64,000 nt of DNA from Bacteriovoracia bacterium (lineage in GTDB: Bacteria > Bdellovibrionota > UBA1018 > JBFWNL01): the NCBI GenBank assembly GCA_050251055.1, contig JBFWNL010000008.1, positions 96,001 through 160,000 of the forward strand, written 5' to 3'. Positions 44,363-54,632 of this stretch are shown piece after piece. The position numbers and the translations under genes were made by a program. The notes beneath the pieces are model-generated. The model was not told where the DNA came from and made no database searches. It was given only the letters and a program-made list of their open reading frames with translations. Every line of letters begins with the position of its first letter. Positions within the stretch are counted from its first letter, which is position 1.

Positions 44363-45250
44363 ATGTTGTTGAGCCTAATGATGGGATTGATCATGAACAC
44401 CGGCTGGATGGCCGAGATGGCTAACGCCAGCGGGCGCGAGGTCGGCAACGGCGGGGACGCCTATTCCCAAGAATTCATCAGTCTAGGGGGCAGCCTGGCG
44501 GCTCGATGGCACGAGCTGGGATTCACCGAGGCCCTCCCCGTTAAGCAGGAAGCCTTCCAAAGCGCTACCGAAAAAGTTCGCGTGATATCCACGGAAGAGA
44601 AACTAATTCTTCGAGGTGAAGAGGTCGACGCCATTAATTATCCACTCTGCAAGGAGGGAGAAACTCCTGAAACGCACCCGTGCGGAAAAATCAGGCTGAA
44701 TCGATCGCGCTGGGACGCCCTGAAGGACCGGCGCCACCGTAAAGTCGCCTTGGTGCTTCACGAATACCTCGGCACCCTCGGCACGGACGAGACGCGCTTC
44801 GACGACTACTACGAAGCCAGCGGACCGCTGTTGGCGAGGCTAAAGAAACTACTGGCGGAAAAACCGCTGGTCGAAGTGAATTTCTCGTGCCGAATCGAAA
44901 GATGGGACGTCAAAACCAAGGGCACGGTCGTGGCGGCCACGCTCGATACCTACCATGCGCCTTCCGCCGCGGAAATCAAGTTGGGCACCGGTAAGGTCTT
45001 TCCGGCGTACTTTCTTTCGATCGCGAAGGTGGGAAGTGACTTTCTCGCTTCCGTGCAGATTGACCGACTGGAATACCGAATCTATAAGCGACGGGACATC
45101 GGGAGCCCCCTCGAGGGAGAAACCCTGACCGGTGGGTATATTCCGTTCACCGTGAACGGAAAAAATTCGATCCGGGCACTCAATGACCCAGAGCTACAGC
45201 TCACTTGCTACCGAACTTTGGATCAAGTGAATCCGCCCCCGGAACTCTAA
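44363..45250 (+). CDS. Secreted hypothetical protein with a GxxVGNGGD motif
   Basis: Start moved to 44363 (GGAG RBS); SGREVGNGGD after the signal; VDAINYP and LVLHEYL. Confidence 0.65.
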   Translation: MLLSLMMGLIMNTGWMAEMANASGREVGNGGDAYSQEFISLGGSLAARWHELGFTEALPVKQEAFQSATEKVRVISTEEKLILRGEEVDAINYPLCKEGETPETHPCGKIRLNRSRWDALKDRRHRKVALVLHEYLGTLGTDETRFDDYYEASGPLLARLKKLLAEKPLVEVNFSCRIERWDVKTKGTVVAATLDTYHAPSAAEIKLGTGKVFPAYFLSIAKVGSDFLASVQIDRLEYRIYKRRDIGSPLEGETLTGGYIPFTVNGKNSIRALNDPELQLTCYRTLDQVNPPPEL

Positions 45251-46131
45251 CGGTCTCCCGGAGACTGCGCCAAGTGCCCCATCTTGCCGCTGCGATAATC
45301 CGCGAGCGCTTGGCGGATCTCCCCTTCCGTGTTCATCACGAAGGGTCCGTACCCGACGATCGGTTCATTTAATGGCTCGCCCGCCAAAAAAAGAATTTTC
45401 GCGTCTTCCGTCGCCTCGATCATAAAGCCACTTCCTTCGCGCTCAAACACCGCGAGATCGGATTTCTCTACCACCTGGGCGCCAACCTTCACCGCGCCAT
45501 CTAGCACCAGGAAAGCCGCCGTCCAGCCGGACTTGGCGCTCGCCTCGAACGCCGCGCCTTTCTTTAAACGCACATCCCAGACATCCATCGGGGAAAAAGT
45601 CCGCGCCGGACCCCGGGCATCATTATACTGTCCCGCGATCACGCGCACCTGGCCCCGACCGTCGGCGAGTTCTGCCGTCGGAATCGTGTCCGCCGTGATG
45701 CCCTGATAGCCAGGTTTCGTCATTTTATCTTTCTTCGGCAAATTCACCCAAAGCTGCACCATCTCGAAAGGCCCTCCCCGCTTCGCGTACTCGCGGCCGT
45801 GAAACTCTTCGTGCACCAAGCCCGCGCCCGCCGTCATCCATTGCACGTCGCCCGGACCGATCTTGCCGCCGGCGCCCGTGGAATCGCGATGCTCGACCTC
45901 GCCTTCGTAAACGATCGTGACCGTTTCAAATCCACGGTGCGGATGCTCGCCCACGCCTAATCGACGTTCGGTGGGCGGGAAGTTTTCCGGCTCCGCGTAG
46001 TCGAGTAAAAGAAAGGGGGACATCTCTTGCGCGATGTCGTTGTAGTTAAATACACCGCGCACATGGAATCCATCGCCCACCCAGTGCTTGTCTTTGCCGC
46101 GCTTAATAAAGGAGATTTTTTTCATATCCAC
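45247..46131 (-). CDS. Pirin family protein
   Basis: HPHRGFETVT, QWMTAGAGLVHEE, QLWVNLP, GPFVMN. Confidence 0.95.
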   Translation of the reverse strand: MDMKKISFIKRGKDKHWVGDGFHVRGVFNYNDIAQEMSPFLLLDYAEPENFPPTERRLGVGEHPHRGFETVTIVYEGEVEHRDSTGAGGKIGPGDVQWMTAGAGLVHEEFHGREYAKRGGPFEMVQLWVNLPKKDKMTKPGYQGITADTIPTAELADGRGQVRVIAGQYNDARGPARTFSPMDVWDVRLKKGAAFEASAKSGWTAAFLVLDGAVKVGAQVVEKSDLAVFEREGSGFMIEATEDAKILFLAGEPLNEPIVGYGPFVMNTEGEIRQALADYRSGKMGHLAQSPGDR

Positions 46132-46372
46132 TAAGATGGGCGCGGAGCGCTATTTGTCAATTACCCCAGAAAAGCGAGGGTTTTTTGGGGTTTGAGAGGT
46201 ATGACGCAACTCCGACGTAAGTTAGCAAGTCGCGTAAATATTCACATTGCGTCAGCCACCTGAGTCACAAAAAAACAAATCTGCGTACAGAAAAAAGTTT
46301 CCTTCTTTCTAACTTTCTCTATCATCCATGCCTTCGTTACACGTAAGTAGCGAAAGCTATCCGGGGGGAAGC

Positions 46373-47269
46373 ATGAAAAAAGCAGGATTCATTTACGTCG
46401 CCATTTCGTCGTTCGCTATCGCGCACGCCGCCTACGCTCACACGCAGGAACACGAATCGTTCCTGCCCGAAAACACGCTCGGCGTTGACGAACCGTTCAA
46501 CTTCCTGAGCAACATGCCTACCGCGCAGTTCAACGAAATCATCGACATCACGGTCAATCGCTGGAAACCACTCGCTACGGCGTACGGTGGCCAGGTTAAC
46601 GTCGACTATAAATGGGATAGCACCGAAGTGAACGCATATGCCGGTCGTTCCAGCAGCACCTGGACGGTGCAGTTCCACGGCGGACTTGCCCGCCGCGCCG
46701 AGATCACCCCGGACGGGTTTCAGCTCGTGGTTTGCCACGAACTCGGTCACCTCTTCGGGGGCGCCCCGTTCAAGAACACCCTGAACTACATGACCTCCGA
46801 AGGTCAGGCCGACTACTTCGCCACTTTCGTTTGCTTGCGCGAAATGTGGAAAAACGAGAGTGCGAAGAATGCCGAGGCCCGCGAACAGTTAAAAGCCGAA
46901 GAAGTTGCGGCGTGTGATCAACGTTGGGAGCAGGAAAACGATCGCCACCTTTGTTACCGCACCCTGGCCGCCTCGAATTCCGTGGCGCTTCTGTTCTCGG
47001 TACTCGAGGGCCGCGGAGTCCCGTCCGTGCTCACGCCCAGCACCAGTGTGACGGACGTGACGCAAATGCAACACCCTCCGGCTCAGTGCCGCCTCGACAC
47101 TTACTTCAACGCCTCGACTTGCCCCATGGGTTACGACATCCGCAAGATTCCTGGCTACAAAGAGCCAAGTGCCGCCATGCAAGCCAAAGCGATGCAGGAA
47201 ACATCCTGCATGGCGGATTCGGACGTACACGCGTACGCCGCCCGGCCGCGTTGCTGGTTTGCAAAATAG
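46373..47269 (+). CDS. Secreted zincin-like metalloprotease, Cys-rich
   Basis: VNAYA, CHELGH, EGQADYFA, HP..QCRLDT, RPRCWF; signal peptide from MKKAG. Confidence 0.75.
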   Translation: MKKAGFIYVAISSFAIAHAAYAHTQEHESFLPENTLGVDEPFNFLSNMPTAQFNEIIDITVNRWKPLATAYGGQVNVDYKWDSTEVNAYAGRSSSTWTVQFHGGLARRAEITPDGFQLVVCHELGHLFGGAPFKNTLNYMTSEGQADYFATFVCLREMWKNESAKNAEAREQLKAEEVAACDQRWEQENDRHLCYRTLAASNSVALLFSVLEGRGVPSVLTPSTSVTDVTQMQHPPAQCRLDTYFNASTCPMGYDIRKIPGYKEPSAAMQAKAMQETSCMADSDVHAYAARPRCWFAK

Positions 47270-47292
47270 CGAGAAATCGCCCAATTACCCGG

Positions 47293-48303
47293 TTACGGGC
47301 GTACTTGGTGTTTAAAGAAAATACCGTCGTCACCGAAGGCTGAGGCTAAGAACTCGGACGTCGTGACTACGTCCGCGATGTGCTCCGACTCTTTCAGGAA
47401 GCTGACCGCCAATTCATCGGTGTATTCACCGGTGTAATCAAAGCCGGCGCGCTGCGCGGGCAACGCGTGAATTTCATAGACGGTCGTGCCCACGGGGATC
47501 TTGGCGAAGTCATCGCGCACGTCATGATCGTCGGAGGAAAACTTCAGGTCCCGTCCAGGGACAAAGAAAAGCTGGCGAGGAGCCACGACCGCGGCTGCCT
47601 GTTTCCCGTGCGCGTCTACCAACGCCATGTCCGATGCGAGCAGCTCCTCCGGATACTTGCTGACGGACGAAAAGATCCGGTGCACGAGCTTTTGGCCAAA
47701 AGATCCGCCCACCGGGACGATATTGGACATCGGATGCGCGAAGAAATTGAAATCTTTGCCTTGGCCATCCAGTGAAACCAGCGCCGAGATATTTGCCGAC
47801 GGCGTGCCATCGCGCAGGACTTTTAGGGCGAGCCCCGGCGCCACCGGCTTATCACCGGCGGGTCGGTAGGTGAGCGAAAGCCGCAGTAGCGCGCATTCCG
47901 CGCCCTGGAACACGCCGGTGTACTTCAAATGGGCGGGATCGCGCGGCACGATCTTCACCTGAGCCATCGCGCCCCGGCGGTGCAGGTATTTCACCCACCC
48001 TTCGGGGGCATAGTCGGAGAAGCGATCGCGCTTATTGGAGATCTTCTGCCGCCACATACTGTAAACCTGGGGGAGGCCGAGCTTCCCGTACTCTGGCAAT
48101 TTCGCGTGCACGGTAGAGGTAACGTTATCCCACAAGGTCTTCTGCTTTTCGCAGGCGCTCAAGGACTCGTAATTAGGCGCGATGCTCGCCGTCGTGCGCG
48201 TATAAGCAGGATCGGATTCCGATCCCGCGAACGCGTACGCCAGGCTCGCGCCCACCGCCGCCAACAATGCCAACGAAGCCACCTTCTTGCCCGCAATGGT
48301 CAT
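47293..48303 (-). CDS. Secreted catalase-related (catalase-like fold) protein
   Basis: Signal peptide from MTIAGKK; LHRRG, YTGVF.G, LLRLS and PGLALK.LRDG resemble distal-side motifs of small catalase-related hemoproteins. Confidence 0.6.
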   Translation of the reverse strand: MTIAGKKVASLALLAAVGASLAYAFAGSESDPAYTRTTASIAPNYESLSACEKQKTLWDNVTSTVHAKLPEYGKLGLPQVYSMWRQKISNKRDRFSDYAPEGWVKYLHRRGAMAQVKIVPRDPAHLKYTGVFQGAECALLRLSLTYRPAGDKPVAPGLALKVLRDGTPSANISALVSLDGQGKDFNFFAHPMSNIVPVGGSFGQKLVHRIFSSVSKYPEELLASDMALVDAHGKQAAAVVAPRQLFFVPGRDLKFSSDDHDVRDDFAKIPVGTTVYEIHALPAQRAGFDYTGEYTDELAVSFLKESEHIADVVTTSEFLASAFGDDGIFFKHQVRP

Positions 48304-48320
48304 ACCGTCTGGTCTCGCAA

Positions 48321-50354
48321 CTAGGGCTTCCAAGGATTGAAAGCGGTTTCCAACCCTTGTACGTGCTTTTTGAGTTCCGGCATGTGGCGCACGATCACGC
48401 GTTCGAGGAAGCCCTCGGCGTCGATCCACTCGATGCCCGACTCGGTGTAGTACTCCGGACGGTAGTTGTCCGTATAGAAGCGGTCGGCCATCAGGCGGCG
48501 CGAGGCCATCACGATGAAGATCTGGAACATCGTTTCGCCGAAACCGAAGTTCTGCGGACGAACTTCCTCGCTGAGCGTACCGACGAGCAGGTCGATCATC
48601 TCGACGTTGTCGTTGCCGTTCTCGTCCTTGCCGTAGACTTCGTAAAATTTGGCCAAGATCGCTTCCTGGCGCGCGTCCGCGGCCTTGCCGCCCGGGAAGA
48701 AGTCGGCGTACTTGGTGATCGGCTTCAGATTGATGCCGCGGCGGAACTGATTGTAGCGCGGAACACCGCGCTCGCGGTCGCGCATGATATCCACCATGCC
48801 CAGATCCATGATGCCGTGGCCGGGGATCGGCAGCTCCTGCATGAACTTAGGGAAATTGTTCAGCACGAGCTGACCCGGATGCTGGGTACCGAAGGAATAG
48901 AAGAGATCCTTCAGGTCATGGCTAGCCATGATGCCGTAGCTCTTATCGTTACGCGTGTCTAGGAAAGCCACCTTCTCGATCGAATCCGGCTTTCCGGCGT
49001 GCTTGAATTCCAGCGCTTCCGGCAATAGCGAGTGCAGCCGGTAAACCGAGGTAAACTCCTCGGTGATGCTGAAGGGCACGCCATAGTCGTTGCGCTTGTC
49101 GCCGACCACGCCGCCGATCAGGTAACCCGAGCTCGTGCCGCGAATCCAATCCGCGCGGTTGAGATAAGGAATCCGGCGCAGGGCCTTCGTCCAAGAGTTC
49201 GGGTTGATCAAGCCATACCAGTTGGCGTACATGGCGCGTTTAAGCGTGTCGTTCGCCAGGATCGCCGGCGTCCATTCCACGGTGTGAATCTTTGCCATGA
49301 CGGCGGCGTTGATCAGGCGCGCGACCTGGAAGACCTGCTCATCAATGCCGCGGGCACTGAGCACGAGCTTCTGGCTTCCGTTCTTCCATTGATACTTTCC
49401 GTTGCCCAACGCGGTGACGTGCTTTTTCCAAAGCATTTCCGCGATGGCGTTATGCTCCTTCACGAACAGGTGGTGGAGCATGCTGAGGCCCACCCACCAG
49501 TTGTCGCGGAAGCCCGTCACTTCGTGGCCACGGTTTTGCTTGTTGTTCGCGGCGTTCAGTTCCTGGTCGTAAGGCAGGAGCTCACGGCCATTCTGGACCA
49601 CGGTCTTCATCTTGCCTTCGGACATCGCGCGCACGGAAAGCTGCTCGCGCAGGTTGCTGCCGTAGATCTGCGAGCCATCCCACCAGTGCGTGACGTCGTT
49701 CAGCGTCGTCTTGCCGAACTCGCGCTTGTACTGGGTGGAATCGGCGGTGTTTTCCTTGGTGCGCTCGACGAGGGAAGCGTCACCGGCACCGGGGACCTGG
49801 TAAGCGTTCTTATCCATGTTGCGGCCGTGCGTAAGCCAGTCGTGGTTCATGAACTGGATCCAACTCGCTGCGAGCATGTTGAGGAACGGCACGGGCTTGA
49901 ACTCGCCACGGGTGAAGAACTTCTTAGACACTTCCGAAGGATTCGGCGTCATGAGGTTCGCGGCTGCGTTCTGGTCGATGAAGCTCGGAGGAACGTTGCG
50001 GCCGAAAGCCACGCCAGCGGCGCCCGCCAGGGGACGAGTCAGATCGGTGCAAGTGCCATCCGCGCTGCGAAAGCGGGGATTATTGGCAGAACAATCCGTT
50101 ATCTTATATCCGGCGTAGCCGGAGTAATCGACGTGCGGGTCGTGCAGGTTGTTATTCAGCAACCCGTCTCGGATCTGCTTGAGCACCATCAGGCCGCCCA
50201 CGGTTCCTTTGCTCGACCAGGTGGTCCAAGGTGTTTCTTCTTCGGCGGCGGCCATCGGCGCGCGCGCCGGCGCCGACCAAACTTGGCCGACTTGGGCCAA
50301 CTGTAGGCATTGCACCACAACTAACGTCAACGAGATCGACGGTTTCTTCAACAT
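48321..50354 (-). CDS. Heme peroxidase-cyclooxygenase family, fatty-acid alpha-dioxygenase-like
   Basis: WIQFMNHDW, WWDGSQIYGS, AKIHTVEWTPAIL, EEFTSVYRLHSLLP, RDRERGVPRYNQFRR. Confidence 0.88.
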   Translation of the reverse strand: MLKKPSISLTLVVVQCLQLAQVGQVWSAPARAPMAAAEEETPWTTWSSKGTVGGLMVLKQIRDGLLNNNLHDPHVDYSGYAGYKITDCSANNPRFRSADGTCTDLTRPLAGAAGVAFGRNVPPSFIDQNAAANLMTPNPSEVSKKFFTRGEFKPVPFLNMLAASWIQFMNHDWLTHGRNMDKNAYQVPGAGDASLVERTKENTADSTQYKREFGKTTLNDVTHWWDGSQIYGSNLREQLSVRAMSEGKMKTVVQNGRELLPYDQELNAANNKQNRGHEVTGFRDNWWVGLSMLHHLFVKEHNAIAEMLWKKHVTALGNGKYQWKNGSQKLVLSARGIDEQVFQVARLINAAVMAKIHTVEWTPAILANDTLKRAMYANWYGLINPNSWTKALRRIPYLNRADWIRGTSSGYLIGGVVGDKRNDYGVPFSITEEFTSVYRLHSLLPEALEFKHAGKPDSIEKVAFLDTRNDKSYGIMASHDLKDLFYSFGTQHPGQLVLNNFPKFMQELPIPGHGIMDLGMVDIMRDRERGVPRYNQFRRGINLKPITKYADFFPGGKAADARQEAILAKFYEVYGKDENGNDNVEMIDLLVGTLSEEVRPQNFGFGETMFQIFIVMASRRLMADRFYTDNYRPEYYTESGIEWIDAEGFLERVIVRHMPELKKHVQGLETAFNPWKP

Positions 50355-50391
50355 ATGGGTAGGCTCCTAGCGAGATTTACCGGATTTTTAT

Positions 50392-51285
50392 TTATTTCTT
50401 TTCGTTTTCTTTTGGCTCTTCTTTGGCCAGATCCTTTTCGTGGCGTTCGTAATAGAAACCCACGTCTTTCGGATCGCTCGGGTTGATGAGCATCAACTCG
50501 TTCGTGGTGGCCTTCGGCTTCCAGTTCACGATATCGACGAAGAACGCGATCTTCGCTTCGAGCTTTGCGGTGTTGGCTTCGTCAGCTTCCACGGCCTTCA
50601 TCACGAAGAGGCCCGGAACGGATTCCGAAAGCGCGAACGTTCCCTTGGCGCCTTCCCAATTGAAGACGACCTGGCCATTTGCGAACGTTTCCGTGTTGTA
50701 GCTCTTGTTCAACAGGTAATCGAGCCCGGACGAACGCGTAGTGCCCAGGAATTTGCCCACGACGTAGTTTTCCCAGGTGGAGTTCCAGTTGCCTTTGAAA
50801 TGGATCGTTTCGACGGCTTCTTTCTTACCCTTCTCGCGACGGGTGAGCGTGGCGCCCTTGATCTGATCGGGCTTCTTCAAGGTCAAGACATCGTAAACCA
50901 CGTCGGTCTTCGGCACGATCGCGCCGCCGGCCACCGTGAGGGGGCGCAATACGTAGGTGTAGTCGTTGCCTTTGTCCATCTGGTAGGCGTGCATGCGGTA
51001 CACCCATTTGGTGATCGCGCTGCGCTTCTTATCGGAAAAAATATCGGTGATCACCGTGTCGGTGAACGGGAGGACTTCGTACTCGGCCAGCACGGCGTAG
51101 TAACGATCGGCCTTGTTCGGGTCCTTTTTAATGAGCAAGGTCATGCTGTACGTGGACAGCGGCCCAAATTTGAAAAGCGAGCTATCGCCGCGGAATGAAC
51201 CTTCCGGCAGGTCCGCCAGCGCCGAAGCAGGAACCAAGGCGGAAACCATGGCGATTAAACTTAAAACTTTGAACGCTTTGAACAT
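50392..51285 (-). CDS. Secreted hypothetical protein
   Basis: Start moved to MFKAFK (GGAG RBS); ALA cleavage site; co-oriented 37 nt before the dioxygenase. Confidence 0.65.
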   Translation of the reverse strand: MFKAFKVLSLIAMVSALVPASALADLPEGSFRGDSSLFKFGPLSTYSMTLLIKKDPNKADRYYAVLAEYEVLPFTDTVITDIFSDKKRSAITKWVYRMHAYQMDKGNDYTYVLRPLTVAGGAIVPKTDVVYDVLTLKKPDQIKGATLTRREKGKKEAVETIHFKGNWNSTWENYVVGKFLGTTRSSGLDYLLNKSYNTETFANGQVVFNWEGAKGTFALSESVPGLFVMKAVEADEANTAKLEAKIAFFVDIVNWKPKATTNELMLINPSDPKDVGFYYERHEKDLAKEEPKENEKK

Positions 51286-51811
51286 AAAACTCCAATCGTT
51301 AGGCGCCCCGAATACTTGTCTTTTATGGTCGAAATGTAAGTACACTATTACGACGCGTTGCGCAATACAGAGTTAAAACGACCTCTCGCGAGCACAATGT
51401 ATTGATATTATAAGATTTTATTACTATCGGTGCCGATTGGCCCAGCTGCTGTTAGGAAAACTGCGAATACCCCATAGCGGTTGGACTACCAACTTCGGCC
51501 GAAGTTTTTTAGAAAACAGCGAATCATATGACGGCCACATTTGAGCGGTCTTCCAAACGCGAAAACACATGCCCGCCGCCGAGTCGCAAGCACCCGGAAG
51601 AACGACCTCCGGAGGGCCGATCGAGAAAAGCAGCTGATTCCTAATGACCGTGGAAAACGGGCATCCATTCGCCCAGGTGATTTCCAATAATGAAAACTCA
51701 GCCCGGCGTTCTGCTTCTACGCGGGTCAAATGCGACACTGTCTGGTGCTCTCCTCACTGCTTATAGAAATGGAAGAAGCCGTCACCGCCCACTTCCTTGC
51801 GTCCAAAGTAT

Positions 51812-51838
51812 GAAAGGAAATCGAATCTACTCTCGTCG
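51812..51838 (+). promoter_or_regulatory. Candidate ECF sigma promoter (copy 1)
   Basis: GAAAGGA-N15-CGTC, 21 nt before the first pilin-like gene. Confidence 0.55.
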
Positions 51839-51858
51839 GGCTCAACGGGGAGCAATAA

Positions 51859-53232
51859 ATGAACGGGTTGGCTCAAAACGAAAATGGCAGCATTCTGCTT
51901 TGGGCAAGCATCGCCGGGAGCGTGCTCGTGAGTGGCCTGTTTTGGGGACAATCTCAGTTAGGTTGGATGCAAAAAGGCGCAGCTCGAATGAAAGAACAAG
52001 CAGCCTTGCAAAAACTAAAGCGCGAAATCGAGATGGCCTTGGCCCAGCCAACTTCTTGCGCCCACGCTCTCAAGAATCAGGCCGTAGCCACCGCCGCAGG
52101 CGAACAGCGGGCCGCAAATATCGCACTCGACGGAGGCCGGCGGCTTTCTCCAGGATTCGCCGATGGGGGAATACGCGTCGCCGACGCCCAACTCGAAACC
52201 CTCCAAGAAACCCGTCCGGGAGAATTTCAAACGGCGCTGGTCATTGAATTAAACAAGAACCGATTGTTACCGGGTGCGCCCACTGGGCGGATGAGTTTTT
52301 TTATTACTTTGAAACCGAATTCACTGGGAACCGGAGTCGAGCAATGCCAACTGGGAAGTCCACGGGAAATACGCCGAGATGAAAATTGTCCCGAAGGACG
52401 CTACCTCGCAGGTCTGCAAACCGACCTCTCACCGGTTTGCGCGCCGGTCGACTTAACGGCCTTGGAATCTCAGTTCCAATGCCGTGAAAATGAATTTCTG
52501 ACGGGAGTACAGGGCGGTATTGCCCAATGCCAACCCCTCCCTCTACCCGATCCGACGGCGTCGCCAGCCCCTAGCCCCAGCCCTTCCGCGACGCCGTCGG
52601 ATCACCCCAATCCTTTGTCCGCCTGCTCAGCCACTCCCTGGTACAAGCAGTTTGTTATCCTCTACGAGGACCAAAAGCCGGACGGGAGTTGGAAAATCAA
52701 TATGGAGCTCAGCGCTTGGCCACGCGGTTATCAGGCCCGCTCGGACCGAGGTTATATGTTGGGCGAACTGGGTACTTGGGATCTTGACTGTGGTGGGAAC
52801 TGCCCATCCCACGCGGCGGCGATGCTCTATTCAGTACACGGATACTCAGCACCTCAGATGGATGAAGTAGCGCCGATTGTCCAAATCAACTACGGAGATG
52901 CCGGCCCAATTCCCTTCCGTATCCACCCTGTACTTCGGCGGGGGTGCCCATTTGGACCGGGGGACATCTCTCCCAACACTACGGCATTTCGTCCAGGCCA
53001 GAACGATCCTTGCTCAGGATTCGACATTTACTTTGCTCGCCAGTTCGGCAATTTCTCCGACCGCGGGTGGGAGCAAGTGCCCGGTCCCTACACGATCTGG
53101 AGTTTTCCCGGGATTCTTGCCCTCTGCCAGCAAAACCAAGGCCCAGCGTGCTCCTATCTGAACAATCCCCCGCCCGGGAAACGCGTGCGCATCTTCTGGA
53201 AAAAGTTCCAATGGGAGGATTGCCAGCCATGA
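51859..53232 (+). CDS. Pilin-like (PilX-type N-terminus) protein with Cys repeats
   Basis: NENG/SILLW hydrophobic N-terminus lacking Glu5; two C...YL.G...C repeats; Pro/Ser linker. Confidence 0.7.
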   Translation: MNGLAQNENGSILLWASIAGSVLVSGLFWGQSQLGWMQKGAARMKEQAALQKLKREIEMALAQPTSCAHALKNQAVATAAGEQRAANIALDGGRRLSPGFADGGIRVADAQLETLQETRPGEFQTALVIELNKNRLLPGAPTGRMSFFITLKPNSLGTGVEQCQLGSPREIRRDENCPEGRYLAGLQTDLSPVCAPVDLTALESQFQCRENEFLTGVQGGIAQCQPLPLPDPTASPAPSPSPSATPSDHPNPLSACSATPWYKQFVILYEDQKPDGSWKINMELSAWPRGYQARSDRGYMLGELGTWDLDCGGNCPSHAAAMLYSVHGYSAPQMDEVAPIVQINYGDAGPIPFRIHPVLRRGCPFGPGDISPNTTAFRPGQNDPCSGFDIYFARQFGNFSDRGWEQVPGPYTIWSFPGILALCQQNQGPACSYLNNPPPGKRVRIFWKKFQWEDCQP

Positions 53233-54632
53233 ATCAAGCGGGATTCACGCTCGTCGAAACCACGGTGGCCGGTACGGTGCTCGCCCTGCTGTTGACGGTG
53301 ACCCTCAATGGACAGAGCCAAATCGCGCAATCGGCAGCGCGGCTTGATCACGGCCGCGGAAAAATGGATTCGGCTTTCAAGAACTGGCAGTTAATGTTCG
53401 ACCCCGAGCTATGTACCCGCTTGCTAGCGGGCCAACCCATCCGACCCGATCCGGGAACGGCGGTGACGGTCACCGGCAGCTTGGAATCGGTGATAGATTT
53501 GCGCGCCGGTGCGCAATTCTCGGAAGATCAGCAGCTCGCCCGCGCGGAACTTCGCACCGACGCATTAGCCCACGAAGGCGACGAGCTTTCCACCTACCGG
53601 GCACGCTTGAACCTGATCGGTTCGGCCGAGCAACGCTTAGAATCAGTCCCGCTTTTTGTCGAAGCCGGTACCGAAGATAGGCGAATCCGCCGCTGTGGAA
53701 TCTATATCGAAGATACCAACCCTTTACAGGGAGAAGCCTGTGCTTCAGCTGCGGAAGTGATCGTAGGATTTAACTCCGACGGTCAGATCGTCTGTCGGCC
53801 CGCGACCGCAGAAGCCCTACCCCTCATTACATGTCCTGCGGACCACTACTTAGTTCGCATCGAAAACGGCGAACCCACCTGCCGGCCTATGCCACAGGCG
53901 GCAGCCGCTGACCCTTGGATTGCCACATTCAACTTTGAGCTGAGTTGCCGCTGGCGTGACGGTGTCCCAGTAGTCCGTGGCGCTGGTCCTCGCCAAAGCT
54001 CGATAACGGGGGGCTGGCAGCAAGGATCCTACTCGAATCGCCCAGGCAATGACCCTGGATGGGAAACCCCGCCAATCGAATTTCCGCCTGCCGCGAGATT
54101 CCTGGTGGGCGAGATCGCGATGGAAGCCCCAAATTTGCAAATTACTCAAGACCCCCAGACCCAAAACTACTCGTATCCCAATGACCGCCCTTGGCGTATC
54201 GGCTATAACCCCACCGATTTATCGTTGATTCTCGAAGTACGTAGCGCCAATGGCACTTCGGGATGGGGATCCATATTCGATGGAAAGTTTTACGGGCTTT
54301 CCAGTAGTCCGTTGGGCCCGCACGCCAACTACTTCCAAGACATGAACTCGTTTTATGGCCTTGGCAAGTTTGGAGACTATAAGATGTTGGGTGCAGAACC
54401 CACGCGCGTCGCCCACACTCCATTCACCTACTATCTTTCCACGCAAGATCAGGTATTGCGCATTAACGCGCAAGCACCCTGTTACGGCGACCCGACCGAT
54501 ACCACCCAACCCCCCAGTCGGGTCTCCGTACGGGTGCAATTCTGCCGTGGTCTCTCTCATGACCCGCAAAGCAAATGTTACCCGCAAGGACGTCAAATAC
54601 CGACCCCGCCTGAGGGTTCTTATGCCGACTAA
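53229..54632 (+). CDS. Type IV prepilin-like protein with Cys repeats
   Basis: Start moved to 53229 (ATGA overlap); AG/FTLVE N-methylation motif. Confidence 0.82.
   Translation: MNQAGFTLVETTVAGTVLALLLTVTLNGQSQIAQSAARLDHGRGKMDSAFKNWQLMFDPELCTRLLAGQPIRPDPGTAVTVTGSLESVIDLRAGAQFSEDQQLARAELRTDALAHEGDELSTYRARLNLIGSAEQRLESVPLFVEAGTEDRRIRRCGIYIEDTNPLQGEACASAAEVIVGFNSDGQIVCRPATAEALPLITCPADHYLVRIENGEPTCRPMPQAAAADPWIATFNFELSCRWRDGVPVVRGAGPRQSSITGGWQQGSYSNRPGNDPGWETPPIEFPPAARFLVGEIAMEAPNLQITQDPQTQNYSYPNDRPWRIGYNPTDLSLILEVRSANGTSGWGSIFDGKFYGLSSSPLGPHANYFQDMNSFYGLGKFGDYKMLGAEPTRVAHTPFTYYLSTQDQVLRINAQAPCYGDPTDTTQPPSRVSVRVQFCRGLSHDPQSKCYPQGRQIPTPPEGSYAD

Noticed and set aside
46203-46254. TGACGCAA...TTGCGTCA inverted repeat between pirin and the metalloprotease gene
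   Set aside because: Only 8 bp with a long spacer and a single occurrence; it could be an operator but is not supportable.
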